A stretch of 56,667 bases of DNA from an uncultured Planctomycetales bacterium (GTDB lineage Bacteria; 4484-113), in NCBI GenBank assembly GCA_964554185.1, contig CAZKNJ010000011.1:1-56667 (forward strand), written 5' to 3'. Shown here piece by piece: positions 8,577 through 18,482 of this stretch (positions are counted from its first letter, which is position 1; every line of letters begins with the position of its first letter). The position numbers and the translations under genes were made by a program. The notes under the pieces were generated by a model. It was not told the DNA's origin. It saw only the letters and a program-made list of their open reading frames with translations, and searched no databases.

Positions 8577-10082
8577 TCAGCCGACGTGGAAGAACTCTTC
8601 AACCAGCCGCAAGGCCATTTCGTCGTCTCGGCGCGCACGCTTCAGAATCTCACTGTCGTCAAAAGCGGCCAGCCGCTCGGCAACGGCGTCAATCATCGCC
8701 GGCGAGAACACTCCGTCCTGCTCAAAGCAGCCGCGCAGGCGCAGCAGCTCCGCCGCCGACTCTTCGCAGGAGCTCGGCAGCTTCTCCATCGTGTGCATTT
8801 GCAGCTCGTCTTTGAAGAGGTTGCCTTCCACGCGCAGCTTCTCGGCACGTTCAAGGGCTTTCGCGTCACGCATTCCGTGAAGCACCGCGAGTGCTAGCCC
8901 CGCCAGAAGCTGGTGGATATTGGCGGAGCCGTCACCCACGCGATACTCCAGCGTCTGGCGCGGCTCGGATTGCCACTGCGCAGCTTCCGGGTCCAGCGGG
9001 TTCGCCGCCGCGGCCATGCCAGCCGCCCCCACCCATCCAAGCGGCACGCGCACGAGCACCGAGCGGTTGACCATTCCCCAGCAGATGTTGGTGGGCGCCT
9101 CGTGGTGCGGCATCAGCCGCAAGTAACTCGTCGGCACCGTGTTGCCGAAGGCCGTCAGTGCGGGCGCGAGGTGGAGCATTCCTGCGTTGGCCCGCAGCGC
9201 GGTTTCGGAGAGGCTGCCGTCTTCGTTCAGCAGCACGCTACGCCCTTCCTTTGCCAGGTCAATATGGACGTGCAGGCCGGAACCCGCGTGCTGGATTCCC
9301 ACTTTAGGAGCGAAGGTCACCTCGGCGCCGTAGCCCGCGCTGAAATTGCGGGCGAGCCACTTGGCCAAGACGAGGTGATCCGCCGCCAGATCAAGCCGCT
9401 CCGGAAGGAACTCAATCTCGTGCTGCTCCATACGGAGCTTGCCCTTCGCCGCAACGTCGCCCACTTCCGCGTGACCGTACTTCACGGGCACGCCCATTCT
9501 GGCCAGCTCAACCAGCACGTCTTCGCGCAGGTGAGTCCATTTCACGAAGGGCGCGCTCTCATGGTAGTTGCGTTGCGACGCGCCGGGATAAAGCTCCTGG
9601 TCGGCCTGAAACACAACATAGAACTCAAGTTCGCTGAGGGCCTGCATATCCAGGCCGGTTGCTTCTTTGAGCTTGCGTGCGGCGTTGAGCGCGAGGTTGC
9701 CCGGAGAAGTCGCGAGAGGCGTACCGTCGGGCGAGAAGTAGGAACACATCAGGCAAAGCCCCGGCTCACTGGAAAATGGACTGAGGAATGCGGTGCGGTA
9801 GCGCGGAACCACATAGAGGTCGCTTCTGCCAGGATCAATGTGTGAGAAGAGGCTGGAGCCGTCCACCCGCTCGCCTTCGTGCAGGATGCGGTCAAGGTGC
9901 TTCTCGTCCAGAGGCACGAAAGAGAGCGTTTTCAGCCTGCCGTCGCCCCCCACATAGCAGAGGTTGAGCAGGCGAATCTCGTTCTCCCGAACCAAGCGTA
10001 TGATGTCCGCAGCGGTGAAGGAGTCCCGGTCCTTCTGAAGCTCCGATGCGAGCAGGTCAGCACAGAAACCTTCAGAACTCAT
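8577..10082 (-). CDS. glnA: Glutamine synthetase family protein
   Basis: DGSS, EFY, GHAEV, EQHEIE, GSGLHVH, EAP, NRS and LEYRVGD motifs. Start set at ATG 10082 by the AAGGAG SD. Confidence 0.9.
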   Translation of the reverse strand: MSSEGFCADLLASELQKDRDSFTAADIIRLVRENEIRLLNLCYVGGDGRLKTLSFVPLDEKHLDRILHEGERVDGSSLFSHIDPGRSDLYVVPRYRTAFLSPFSSEPGLCLMCSYFSPDGTPLATSPGNLALNAARKLKEATGLDMQALSELEFYVVFQADQELYPGASQRNYHESAPFVKWTHLREDVLVELARMGVPVKYGHAEVGDVAAKGKLRMEQHEIEFLPERLDLAADHLVLAKWLARNFSAGYGAEVTFAPKVGIQHAGSGLHVHIDLAKEGRSVLLNEDGSLSETALRANAGMLHLAPALTAFGNTVPTSYLRLMPHHEAPTNICWGMVNRSVLVRVPLGWVGAAGMAAAANPLDPEAAQWQSEPRQTLEYRVGDGSANIHQLLAGLALAVLHGMRDAKALERAEKLRVEGNLFKDELQMHTMEKLPSSCEESAAELLRLRGCFEQDGVFSPAMIDAVAERLAAFDDSEILKRARRDDEMALRLVEEFFHVG

Positions 10083-10282
10083 AATCGGCATTACTCCTTG
10101 GCAATCCCACGCGCGCCGATGCACGCCCATGGAAAGCTGCAAGATTATACCAGCAGCTTGGCGAGCCGCGCCGTGCCCGCAGAGAAGAGCCTTCAAGACT
10201 TAGGACTCGGACTCTGGGGTTGCGCGGCGAGCCAAAGAGAAGTATGATGTTTGCACCGCAAACGAAAGGAGGGTGGCTGCTA

Positions 10283-10573
10283 ATGGAACTGGACAAGCGC
10301 ATACATGAGCCTGTGAGGCTGCGTATAATGGCGCACTTAATCGCAGACGGGCCGTCAGCGCGGTTCAACGAACTCAAGCAGGCGCTGGGACTGACCCAGG
10401 GGAACCTTGCGTCGCATATCAAAGTGCTGGAAAGAGCGGGGTTTGTGGCGCAAGCATCTCCGGAGACCGACCCATATGCCTGCCACATTGAGCTCACACA
10501 AACCGGAAGGGAGGCCTTTGTGGAATACCTGGGGTCACTGAACGAAGTTCTCAGCAAGCTCTCTGGCAGCTAG
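10283..10573 (+). CDS. ArsR/MarR-type winged-helix transcriptional regulator
   Basis: LDKRIHEPVRLRIMAHL...LGLTQGNLASHIKVLERAGFV; strong AAGGAGG SD. Confidence 0.85.
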   Translation: MELDKRIHEPVRLRIMAHLIADGPSARFNELKQALGLTQGNLASHIKVLERAGFVAQASPETDPYACHIELTQTGREAFVEYLGSLNEVLSKLSGS

Positions 10574-10672
10574 GGTTCTTCTCCTCTCTTTCGGCCACCA
10601 GCCCCGTAGACACGCGCAAGTATTTCTGCTATTTAAGCGCCCGCGTTCACAGCAAACCAGGAGGAGCGGACC

Positions 10673-12292
10673 ATGGGGCAGGTCAAGACCGCGGTCATCA
10701 GTGTTTACAACAAGGGCTGGGTTACCAACCTGGCGTCCTTTCTGTCGGACGAAGGCGTAGAAGTCTTCGCTTCCGGCGGGACGCTCAGGCAGCTCAAATC
10801 CAAGAAGATCAAAGTCAACCCAATTGAGAAACTGACGGGTGGCCAAGAGATTCTAGATGGGCGCGTCAAGACGCTGGGCTACCAGCTGTATGCCGGCCTG
10901 CTGGCGAACCGCCAAGATGCAAAGCACCGCAAGACGCTGAACGACCTGGGTATTCGCCCTATAGACCTGGTCGCCGTCAACTTCTATCCGTTCATTGAGA
11001 AGGTGAAGTCGCGCACGAAGATGGGGGTCGCCAGAGAGTTGGTGGATATCGGAGGAGTCACTCTAGTCCGCGCCGCGGCCAAGAACTATGAGAACGTTAT
11101 CGTGCTGGTGGACCCCGCCGACTACAAAGATATCATCAGCGAGTGGAAGCAAAACGAGGGCACCATTTCATCGGAGACAAGGTTAAAGCTCGCGGCCAAG
11201 GCGTTCAGCTACTGCCGGGAGTATGACCAGGCGATTGAAGACTACTTCAAAGAAGCTCTTGAGCCGAAGAAGCGCGGAAAAGCGGCGTTGAAGAAGCCGG
11301 CGATGGAAATGGACTCGCGGATTGAACTCTCGCTGAAAAGCGAGCTGCCGCTGCGCTACGGGGAAAACCCACACCAGCGTGCAGCGCTGTACATCCCGTC
11401 AGAGGGCGTGTCGGTTCCGTTCAAGGTGCTGCACGGCAAGAAGATGAGCTACAACAACTTCCAGGACGCCGCCGGCGCATTCAGGCTTTGCCGCATGCCT
11501 TACGAGAAACCTTATATAGCCTGCGTCCTGAAGCACGTGAACCCGTGCGGGGTAGCGATGGAAGACAAAGCTGTCGCCGCCATTGTCAAGGCGAAGGAGG
11601 GTGACCCGGTCTCAGCCTACGGCGGCATACTAGGCACCAACTTCGAGATCGGCGAGGCCGAGGCTAAGGAAATCGGCAAGACGTTCCTGGAGGTGGTAGT
11701 AGCGCCCAAGTTCACGCCGGAGGCGGCGCGGCTGCTCTCGGCCAAGAAGAAGCTGCGCCTGCTGGAGATTGGCATGCAGGCGTTTGAGGTGGAGCGCCAG
11801 CGGGTGATTGATGTGAACGAAGGCAACGAGAATGCGCCGCTGGTGTTCGCCCGCATCCCCTACGGCTTCCTCGTACAGGAGGAAGATCTCAAGCTGTTGA
11901 AGCCCAACGAGCTGGAAGTAGTGAGCGACGTACCCCTGCGGCCGAAGTACAAGCCCGACGTATTTTTCGGCACGACCATCATCCGCTTCCTCAAGAGCAA
12001 CTCAATCGCCATCTTCAAGGACGGGATGATGGTTGGCGCCGGATTCGGCCAGCCCAGCCGCGTAGATGCTGCGCATATCGCGGTGAAGAAGGCCGGCAAG
12101 CGCGCCAGCGGCGCAGTGCTGGTGTCGGATGCGTTCTTCCCCTTCGCCGACTCGGTGGAAGTCGCACAGAAGGCGGGGATTGAAGTCCTGGTCGCTCCTT
12201 CGGGCAGCATCCGCGACCACGAGGTTATTGACCGCGCCAACGCGCTGAAGCTGTGCATGGTGTTCATCCCCGACCGGCACTTCCTGCACTAA
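10673..12292 (+). CDS. purH: Bifunctional AICAR transformylase/IMP cyclohydrolase
   Basis: GRVKTL, DIGG, LRYGENPHQ, KHVNPCG, SDAFFPF and RHFLH motifs. Confidence 0.96.
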   Translation: MGQVKTAVISVYNKGWVTNLASFLSDEGVEVFASGGTLRQLKSKKIKVNPIEKLTGGQEILDGRVKTLGYQLYAGLLANRQDAKHRKTLNDLGIRPIDLVAVNFYPFIEKVKSRTKMGVARELVDIGGVTLVRAAAKNYENVIVLVDPADYKDIISEWKQNEGTISSETRLKLAAKAFSYCREYDQAIEDYFKEALEPKKRGKAALKKPAMEMDSRIELSLKSELPLRYGENPHQRAALYIPSEGVSVPFKVLHGKKMSYNNFQDAAGAFRLCRMPYEKPYIACVLKHVNPCGVAMEDKAVAAIVKAKEGDPVSAYGGILGTNFEIGEAEAKEIGKTFLEVVVAPKFTPEAARLLSAKKKLRLLEIGMQAFEVERQRVIDVNEGNENAPLVFARIPYGFLVQEEDLKLLKPNELEVVSDVPLRPKYKPDVFFGTTIIRFLKSNSIAIFKDGMMVGAGFGQPSRVDAAHIAVKKAGKRASGAVLVSDAFFPFADSVEVAQKAGIEVLVAPSGSIRDHEVIDRANALKLCMVFIPDRHFLH

Positions 12293-12960
12293 GCGGTTTC
12301 ACCTGTTGAGGCTGTCCCGCTCAGTATCGCGGTCGTGCTGCTAGTTCCCAGTATGTCCGCGCCGGCGGCGATGAAGCCCTCCGCTTCTTCCCGCGTGCCG
12401 ATGCCGCCGGAGGCCTTGACCAGGTGAGCATCGCCTACGAGCTGCTTGATGAGCCGGACATCTTCCAGCTTCGTGGGTTCACGCCCATAGCCGGTGCTGG
12501 TCTTTATCGCCAGGAAATCCAGCGGTTGCAGCAGCGCACAGGCGCGGGTGATCAGTTCGGGGGTGAGGATGGGCGTCTCAATGATGAGCTTCAGGCCGAT
12601 GCCAAGCTGCTTCGCCTCTCTGCAAAGTGCACTCGTTTCCTCGGAGACGCTGCCGTCTACCGCGAGCAACCCAAGGAGGTTTAGCACCGCGTCGACTTCT
12701 GCCGCGCCATCAGCGGCGGCCGCGCGCAATTGCGCGAGCTTGACCGGCAGCAGATCGCAGCCAAGAGGGTAGCTTACCACCGTGGCCAGACTCAATGAAG
12801 GAAACTCCGATGCGAGCGTGCGGACAACCGAGGGCGGCACCACGAACGCTCTGAGCCCATGCTCCAACACGAAGCGCGCGCCTTCACGGAAAGTGTCCAG
12901 CGAAGTACCGCGGTCTATCTTGAGCAGCGTGTGGTCAATGCGTTCCGCGATGCCCGTCAT
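12289..12960 (-). CDS. deoC: Deoxyribose-phosphate aldolase
   Basis: IDHTLL, KLIIET, IKTSTG and VKASGGI motifs; true start is ATG 12960. Confidence 0.92.
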   Translation of the reverse strand: MTGIAERIDHTLLKIDRGTSLDTFREGARFVLEHGLRAFVVPPSVVRTLASEFPSLSLATVVSYPLGCDLLPVKLAQLRAAAADGAAEVDAVLNLLGLLAVDGSVSEETSALCREAKQLGIGLKLIIETPILTPELITRACALLQPLDFLAIKTSTGYGREPTKLEDVRLIKQLVGDAHLVKASGGIGTREEAEGFIAAGADILGTSSTTAILSGTASTGETA

Positions 12961-12966
12961 AACGCC

Positions 12967-13001
12967 ATTATAGGCGCAGCCGGCGCGGCCTGGGGTATAA
13001 T
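12967..13001. promoter_or_regulatory. Back-to-back -10 boxes (TATAAT on each strand) for leaderless deoC and hypC
   Basis: TATAAT at 12967-12972 (-) is 6 nt from the deoC ATG; TATAAT at 12996-13001 (+) is 7 nt from the hypC ATG; neither gene has an SD. Confidence 0.7.
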
Positions 13002-13008
13002 CCGCGGC

Positions 13009-13251
13009 ATGTGCCTTGCAGTACCCGGCAGAATCGAATTCATCAACGGCGACCGGGGCACCGTTCGCGTGGGCGGCGTCACGGTAGAGGCCATCCTTGC
13101 ACTGGTGCCGGAAGCTAAGGTGGGAGATTTCGCCGTGGTGCACGCGGGGTATGCTATCCAACTGCTCTCACCCGAAGAGGCCGAGGAGACGCTGGAGCTT
13201 ATGCGTCAAGTGCTGGAGATGGAAGAGGCGCCGACGGAAAGCGATGCCTGA
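13009..13251 (+). CDS. hypC: [NiFe]-hydrogenase maturation chaperone HypC
   Basis: MCLAVPG N-terminus, VHAGYAI. Confidence 0.95.
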   Translation: MCLAVPGRIEFINGDRGTVRVGGVTVEAILALVPEAKVGDFAVVHAGYAIQLLSPEEAEETLELMRQVLEMEEAPTESDA

Positions 13252-14344
13252 GCGAAGTTTACAGCCTGAGGCCGTGCACGCTGCCATGGAGTACATCCGC
13301 AACGCCTCTGCCCGCCCTGCACGCTTTATGGAGGTCTGCGGCACCCACACAGTCGCGGTGTTCCGTTCGGGCTTGCGCAACACGCTGCTAGGGGAGAAGG
13401 GAGTTGAGCTGGTCTCGGGGCCGGGATGCCCCGTGTGCGTGACCTCGGCGAAGGAGATAGACGAGGTGGCGCGGCTGGCGATCGAGTGCAAGGAAAGCGT
13501 GACGGTCACGGCTTACGGCGATATGTTCCGCGCGAAGGGGCACGAGCATTCGCTGGCGGACGCCCGTGCGTTCGGTGCAGATGTGCGGATGGTAACTTCG
13601 CCCTTTGAGAACATCCGGCTTGCGCAGGAGAAGCCGCAGCGCAAGATTGTGTTCTTCGCCATCGGGTTTGAGACCACGCAGCCGGGGCACGCGCATACGC
13701 TCATCGAGGCCAGGCGGCTGGGGCTCCCCAACCTCACTTTTTACGTAAGCCACAAGCTCATCGCGCCAGCCTTGCACTTGCTGGCTGAACATCCTGCTCT
13801 CCGCCTGGACGGGTTCATCCTGCCAGGGCATGTGTCCGCCATTATCGGCGAGGAACCTTACCGCTTTCTGGCAGAGGAATACAGGCTTCCAGGCGTGATC
13901 GCGGGTTTTGAGCCAGGGGACATTGTCGTAGCCATAGCCCGCCTGCTAGCTCAGCGCGCAGCCGGAGAGAGCCGGATTGAAAACGCTTACCGCTCCACGG
14001 TACGCCCCGAAGGCAACCCAAGAGCGCAGGAGCTTATCAGCGAAGTATTTGAAACGGCGGATGCGCACTGGCGCGGCATCGGGCTGATTCCTGCATCGGG
14101 GCACGCACTACGCAGCGGATTCGCGGCTTTTGATGCGCACCAGCGCTTTGGGCTCGAGCGAGTTCTGAATGATGAAGCCGGCTTTGGCGGCTGCCGATGC
14201 GGGGAGGTTCTGCTGGGGCTCATTGCGCCCACGGACTGCGCACCTTTTGGTGAGCAGTGTACGCCCGACAGCCCGCTGGGCCCGTGCATGGTGTCAAGCG
14301 AGGGCGCCTGCGCCAACTATTACCGCTTCGGCGAGCGGCGGTAG
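13244..14344 (+). CDS. hypD: Hydrogenase formation protein HypD
   Basis: MEVCGTHT, GPGCPVCVT, GFETT, PGHVS and the C-terminal Cys cluster GPCMVSSEGAC. Confidence 0.96.
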   Translation: MPERSLQPEAVHAAMEYIRNASARPARFMEVCGTHTVAVFRSGLRNTLLGEKGVELVSGPGCPVCVTSAKEIDEVARLAIECKESVTVTAYGDMFRAKGHEHSLADARAFGADVRMVTSPFENIRLAQEKPQRKIVFFAIGFETTQPGHAHTLIEARRLGLPNLTFYVSHKLIAPALHLLAEHPALRLDGFILPGHVSAIIGEEPYRFLAEEYRLPGVIAGFEPGDIVVAIARLLAQRAAGESRIENAYRSTVRPEGNPRAQELISEVFETADAHWRGIGLIPASGHALRSGFAAFDAHQRFGLERVLNDEAGFGGCRCGEVLLGLIAPTDCAPFGEQCTPDSPLGPCMVSSEGACANYYRFGERR

Positions 14345-14917
14345 CTAGTGGTAGCGGCGGACGGTGAAAGTAAAGATCTCGTGGGGCTGCCGCAGGTCTA
14401 TCCCGCCTTTCTCGGCGGCGATGCGCAGCTGGGTCTTGGCGTCATCCACTCCTTCCAGGTCCGGCAGCAGCAAGCCGCGGTGCCCGCCCTGCTGGACGAT
14501 CACGCCCAGGTTCTTGGGGTCCAGCTCCTCGGCCTTCGCGGGCAGAGAAAGCGAGAGCACGTCCACGCTGATACCGAGATCCGCCAGCTCTTCCTCCTCC
14601 ACCGGCGGAAAGCGGGGGTCGCGGGTCGCGGCGCTAATCGCGTTTTCAATAATCTCCTCGGCCAAGTTACTGGCCAGGGCCTCAATGGTGCCTATGCAGC
14701 CGCGCAAGTGCCCGTGCTTCTTCAGGGAGACGAAGCAGGCGGAGCGTTCTGCGAGCTGGTCGCTGACGCCTGCAAGCTCGCCGAGGAGTTCCGGCGGCGC
14801 GTCTTTCAGATGGAGCCGTATGCCCTCAAGCGTGTAATGGTAGATGGACGCGTACGCAAGCTTCACAAACGGATGGAAGTCCCGCGAAAGATACCAGCCC
14901 TGGGAGTTCATCTTCAT
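14345..14917 (-). CDS. AMMECR1-domain protein (AmmeMemoRadiSam system protein A)
   Basis: CFVSL...LRGCIGT, ATRDPRFPP and GLLLPDL motifs. Confidence 0.88.
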   Translation of the reverse strand: MKMNSQGWYLSRDFHPFVKLAYASIYHYTLEGIRLHLKDAPPELLGELAGVSDQLAERSACFVSLKKHGHLRGCIGTIEALASNLAEEIIENAISAATRDPRFPPVEEEELADLGISVDVLSLSLPAKAEELDPKNLGVIVQQGGHRGLLLPDLEGVDDAKTQLRIAAEKGGIDLRQPHEIFTFTVRRYH

Positions 14918-14921
14918 ATCG

Positions 14922-15710
14922 TCACGCGGGCTTTAGTCGCCCAACAAGGTATCCTACTCCAAACGGGTCTTCGTAGGAAAGCACTTCGCCTGATGCTGAT
15001 TCGCCAGCGGCACCCATTCCGATCAGGAACGAGTTCAGGCCGCATTGCTCAGCACGGTGGAGAAAACCATCGTCCAGCTTGAGCAGCTCCGAAGGGTCGG
15101 CTCTCGCGATTGCGTCTTGCACCAGCGCATCGAACTCCGGGCCTTCGGCATGGTGGTGGCGGCCGATACCATGCTTGGTGCAGTGCGACAGGTCGCCGCT
15201 GGCGGTGTAGACATACCGTCCGTCACGTTCAGCGAGATGGGAGCCGAGCTTTTTCCCAAACTCATGAAAGAAAGTGGGTGAACCGAAAGTGGTGGCAAGA
15301 ACCGCTATGCGGGGCTGGTAACCGCGGCGCTTGAGGAAATCCATGAAGACGAGCACGCCGTGGTCAAGTTGGCCTTCCGCGATGGGCTCGACCATACCGT
15401 CCAGGCCGGGGTTGGACACCAGATCGGCCGCTAGCTTGGCGTCGCCCTGAAACTCGTAGCTCAAATACGAGAAACCGAAAGGCGCGAAGGACCCCTCAAA
15501 GGCGTCAGCCTGGAGCACGCCCACTCTGTCCTTAAGCGCGACATTGTGGGGGGTGCTGATTACCAGCGTGTCGGGCTGGTCCGCGGCAAGCTGGTCGGCC
15601 AGGGCGTATAACGCCCGGCGCGTCTTCTCAACGTGCTTGACCTCGTAGCCGCCAATCTCCTCAATGGCGATCGGCGGATGGGGGACAAACAACGAATGAA
15701 GCAAAGCCAA
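14922..15710 (-). CDS. LigB/MEMO-like (class III extradiol dioxygenase fold) protein
   Basis: PHPP, STPH, DHG, SGDLSH, QCG and FGVGY motifs. Confidence 0.8.
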   Translation of the reverse strand: MALLHSLFVPHPPIAIEEIGGYEVKHVEKTRRALYALADQLAADQPDTLVISTPHNVALKDRVGVLQADAFEGSFAPFGFSYLSYEFQGDAKLAADLVSNPGLDGMVEPIAEGQLDHGVLVFMDFLKRRGYQPRIAVLATTFGSPTFFHEFGKKLGSHLAERDGRYVYTASGDLSHCTKHGIGRHHHAEGPEFDALVQDAIARADPSELLKLDDGFLHRAEQCGLNSFLIGMGAAGESASGEVLSYEDPFGVGYLVGRLKPA

Positions 15711-15806
15711 AACCCACCTCCCAGTGCGCGCAGCGCAGTTGAGGCGATTATAACACGCCGGCGTGACAGTTTACCCATTGGGCATACGGCCTGAACCGTA
15801 GTACGA

Positions 15807-15834
15807 TTGACAAGATGCCGGTGGCACGTATAAT
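15807..15834 (+). promoter_or_regulatory. Consensus sigma70 promoter of rpsT
   Basis: TTGACA-N16-TATAAT. Confidence 0.85.
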
Positions 15835-15860
15835 AGCCGTTCCCATTCTAGGGAATAATT

Positions 15861-16151
15861 ATGGCTAACACGAGTAGCGCAAAGAAGCAAATCCTGATAA
15901 CGGAGCGCAACCGCGAGCGCAGCCAGCATTTCCGCTCGGCGATGCGCACCGCGGTGAAGCAGTTCGTTACGATCCTTGAGGCGTCGGACGAGAATCAAGC
16001 CCGGGCGGCACTGCATAACGCGCAGAAGGTCATCAACCGTACGGTGAGCAAAGGAGTTCTGAAGAAGCAGACCAGCGCGCGCAAGGTCTCGCGGCTGTAC
16101 CATCTGTTCAACAAGAAGTTCGGCCGGGAAGAACAGCCCAGCGGCAATTAA
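15861..16151 (+). CDS. rpsT: 30S ribosomal protein S20
   Basis: MANTSSAKKQI...KGVLKKQTSARKVSRL. Confidence 0.96.
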   Translation: MANTSSAKKQILITERNRERSQHFRSAMRTAVKQFVTILEASDENQARAALHNAQKVINRTVSKGVLKKQTSARKVSRLYHLFNKKFGREEQPSGN

Positions 16152-16163
16152 CCACCCCCACGC

Positions 16164-18461
16164 TCAGGGCATCACCTCACCACGAGCACTGAAGGCGATC
16201 CCCCGCATCTCCTGTTGCGTGAGCAGAACCACGCGCGAGCTGTAATGCTGAAGGCTGCCGGGCACTTCACCCCGCCCCTGCAGGACTATGGTGTGCAAGT
16301 CGTTGCTTTCCAGGAAACTGCGAACAGCCGAGAGCTTTCCGCGAGCCGCGTATCCGGGCAGCACCATGATGCGGATCTCGCCAAGGATTCCATCCGGTGC
16401 GCTGGTGGAGGCCAGCCGTTGCTGCATCTGCGCTACGGGCGGGATGAACACTCGGGCTTGCCGGGAGAGGCTTACCATCCAGAGGGATAGCGACCCGTCA
16501 GCACCAGCGACTGAGTCGAGCCGGCTGCTTACCGCAGCGTTCCCCGCGGCAAGGACCTCTCCATTCGCAGAGTTCAGCATCACGCCGGGGGTGAACGGCG
16601 CGCTGCTCCACAGTCCTTCAACGGGCTCGCCCTCCAGGATGACCAGAGTGCTGATGCCCGAGGCTCCTTCATGGACGAGTAGCCAGTAGGCGTTGGACAA
16701 CAGTGACGCCTGGCGTTCTGCGGTGGGCGGCAGGCAAACGAAGAGCGTTGCCGATCGGTCGCGGTCCACCAGCGCGGAGGCTGCTCCATAGGAGGTGTAA
16801 AGCACGCGGTATTGCGGAAGCGCCCGTGAGTAAACTACGGCGCAGATTGTGAGCACCAGTAGGATAAGGCTGAGATGCAACAAGGCGGACAGCTTCTCAG
16901 TGCGTGACTGGCCCCAGCCAAAGGCAGCGAACGCCAGCATGATGATCGTCATCAACAGAACAACCGTCCATCCACTCAACGGCACGAAATGCAGATCCGC
17001 GCCCGGTAACCACGAGAACAGCCCCGCCCAGTAATGGAGCGCCGAAACAAGCAGGCGGATGCACAGGATCACGCCCGCGCCCAGAATGGGAATGTAACCA
17101 AGCAGGTAGAACGCGACTCCAAGCAAGACGACCAAAGACGCCAGCGGAATGGCGACAAGATTGCTCAACAGGCCCCAGGGCGAGAACTGGTTGAAGTAGT
17201 AGATCAGCAGTGGAAAGACCATTAGCTGCGCGCCGGCGGTTCCGGCCAGCACCGCCAGAATACCGCGCCACCGGCGGTGGAAGCGCCCGAAATGGGGATA
17301 AAAGACTTTGAGCGCAAGTATGAGGCCAAGGGTGGCGGCGAAGGTGAGCTGGAAACTCACGGAGAACGCTTCGTAGGGCTTAATGAGCAGCAGGATGATG
17401 CCCGCCTGCCCCAGCAGATTCAGCCCCTCGGTTTCATAGTAGAGGTAGTGGGCGATGAGAACAAGGATGCTGATAACGAAGGCGCGGCGGATGGAAGGCT
17501 CAAAGCCGGTGAGCACCGCGTAGGTCATTATGACGGTGAAGATGGCGGAGTACTTGAGGATGTTTATGATGCGGCCAGCAGGGGTGAGCGGGGATTCCAT
17601 GCGGAGAAACAGCAGGCTCACGAGCAGGAAGAGCAGCGATACTTGCGAGCCGGAGACCACCAGCAGGTGAGTAAGGCCGGCGGCGCGGAAGGTCTCCTTC
17701 AGCTCGCGGGGGAAGTAGATGACGCTGTCGCCAATCAGGAGGCCGAGAAAAACCTCCCGCTGGGGGCTGTTCAGTGCAGCGCTCGCGCGGTCCGTCAGCT
17801 CCTTGCGCAGGTGGTACAAGAATCGCGCCCAGGCTCCCTCCGGCTCCGCTTGCTCGATGAATGTCTCCGCGGGTGCGACTATCTCGTGGGTCACGCCAAA
17901 GGGCTCAAGGTAGGCGCGCATGGAGAAGCCGCCACGATTCCTGGATTCAGCCGCCCGCTGGAACTGGCCGCGCAGGCGGATGCGGTACTGGTAGGACACG
18001 GGCAGGTCTCGCCCGCCCCGCACGTACACATAGACGCGCCCCAGGCCTCGGCGCTCACGCAGCACGACTTTGCTGGTGCTCATCTCCGTCACCCGCATGA
18101 AGAAGCTTATCCCGTTTTCACTGAGGCGCGGGACGGTGTCCACCAGGCCGATGGCTTCTACATCTTCACCTTCAAAGATCACCAGAGGCGAGGAAGATGC
18201 GAGCTGGCGCACGTAGGTTGAGTAAGCGAAGCCGCCCGCAGCGATGAGCAGCAGAAACAGCGCCATCCTGAAGCCACGCGATAGAGTGCGCAACCAGAAG
18301 GAGAGTACAAACAGGCCAAAGAGCAGCGGCAGCACCAGCAAGACCGGCCACAGGGTCATGCCGTTCCCTGGGACCAGCCGCGAGGCGTGGATGGAAGCGA
18401 GAAAGACCAGAAACAAGGCGAAGTAGATGTGACGGCTCAGTAATGTCCAGATGCCAGCCAA
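16164..18461 (-). CDS. comEC: ComEC/Rec2 competence membrane protein
   Basis: AGLTHLLVVSGSQV, PSIRRA and SFQLTFAAT competence-domain motifs, preceded by an OB-like domain. Confidence 0.88.
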   Translation of the reverse strand: MAGIWTLLSRHIYFALFLVFLASIHASRLVPGNGMTLWPVLLVLPLLFGLFVLSFWLRTLSRGFRMALFLLLIAAGGFAYSTYVRQLASSSPLVIFEGEDVEAIGLVDTVPRLSENGISFFMRVTEMSTSKVVLRERRGLGRVYVYVRGGRDLPVSYQYRIRLRGQFQRAAESRNRGGFSMRAYLEPFGVTHEIVAPAETFIEQAEPEGAWARFLYHLRKELTDRASAALNSPQREVFLGLLIGDSVIYFPRELKETFRAAGLTHLLVVSGSQVSLLFLLVSLLFLRMESPLTPAGRIINILKYSAIFTVIMTYAVLTGFEPSIRRAFVISILVLIAHYLYYETEGLNLLGQAGIILLLIKPYEAFSVSFQLTFAATLGLILALKVFYPHFGRFHRRWRGILAVLAGTAGAQLMVFPLLIYYFNQFSPWGLLSNLVAIPLASLVVLLGVAFYLLGYIPILGAGVILCIRLLVSALHYWAGLFSWLPGADLHFVPLSGWTVVLLMTIIMLAFAAFGWGQSRTEKLSALLHLSLILLVLTICAVVYSRALPQYRVLYTSYGAASALVDRDRSATLFVCLPPTAERQASLLSNAYWLLVHEGASGISTLVILEGEPVEGLWSSAPFTPGVMLNSANGEVLAAGNAAVSSRLDSVAGADGSLSLWMVSLSRQARVFIPPVAQMQQRLASTSAPDGILGEIRIMVLPGYAARGKLSAVRSFLESNDLHTIVLQGRGEVPGSLQHYSSRVVLLTQQEMRGIAFSARGEVMP

Positions 18462-18482
18462 TGATTGTTCCCGGATGCAGGT

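Noticed and set aside
10568-10672. ykkC/PRPP or ZTP riboswitch upstream of purH (CTAGGGTTC seen)
   Set aside because: Only the first 9 nt resemble ykkC and they overlap the upstream stop codon; the other conserved segments of either family are absent.
13097-13243. Track start of the 415-aa hypD ORF (and 12859 for hypC, 13161 for deoC)
   Set aside because: These extensions overlap neighbouring real genes; family N-termini begin at 13244, 13009 and 12960.
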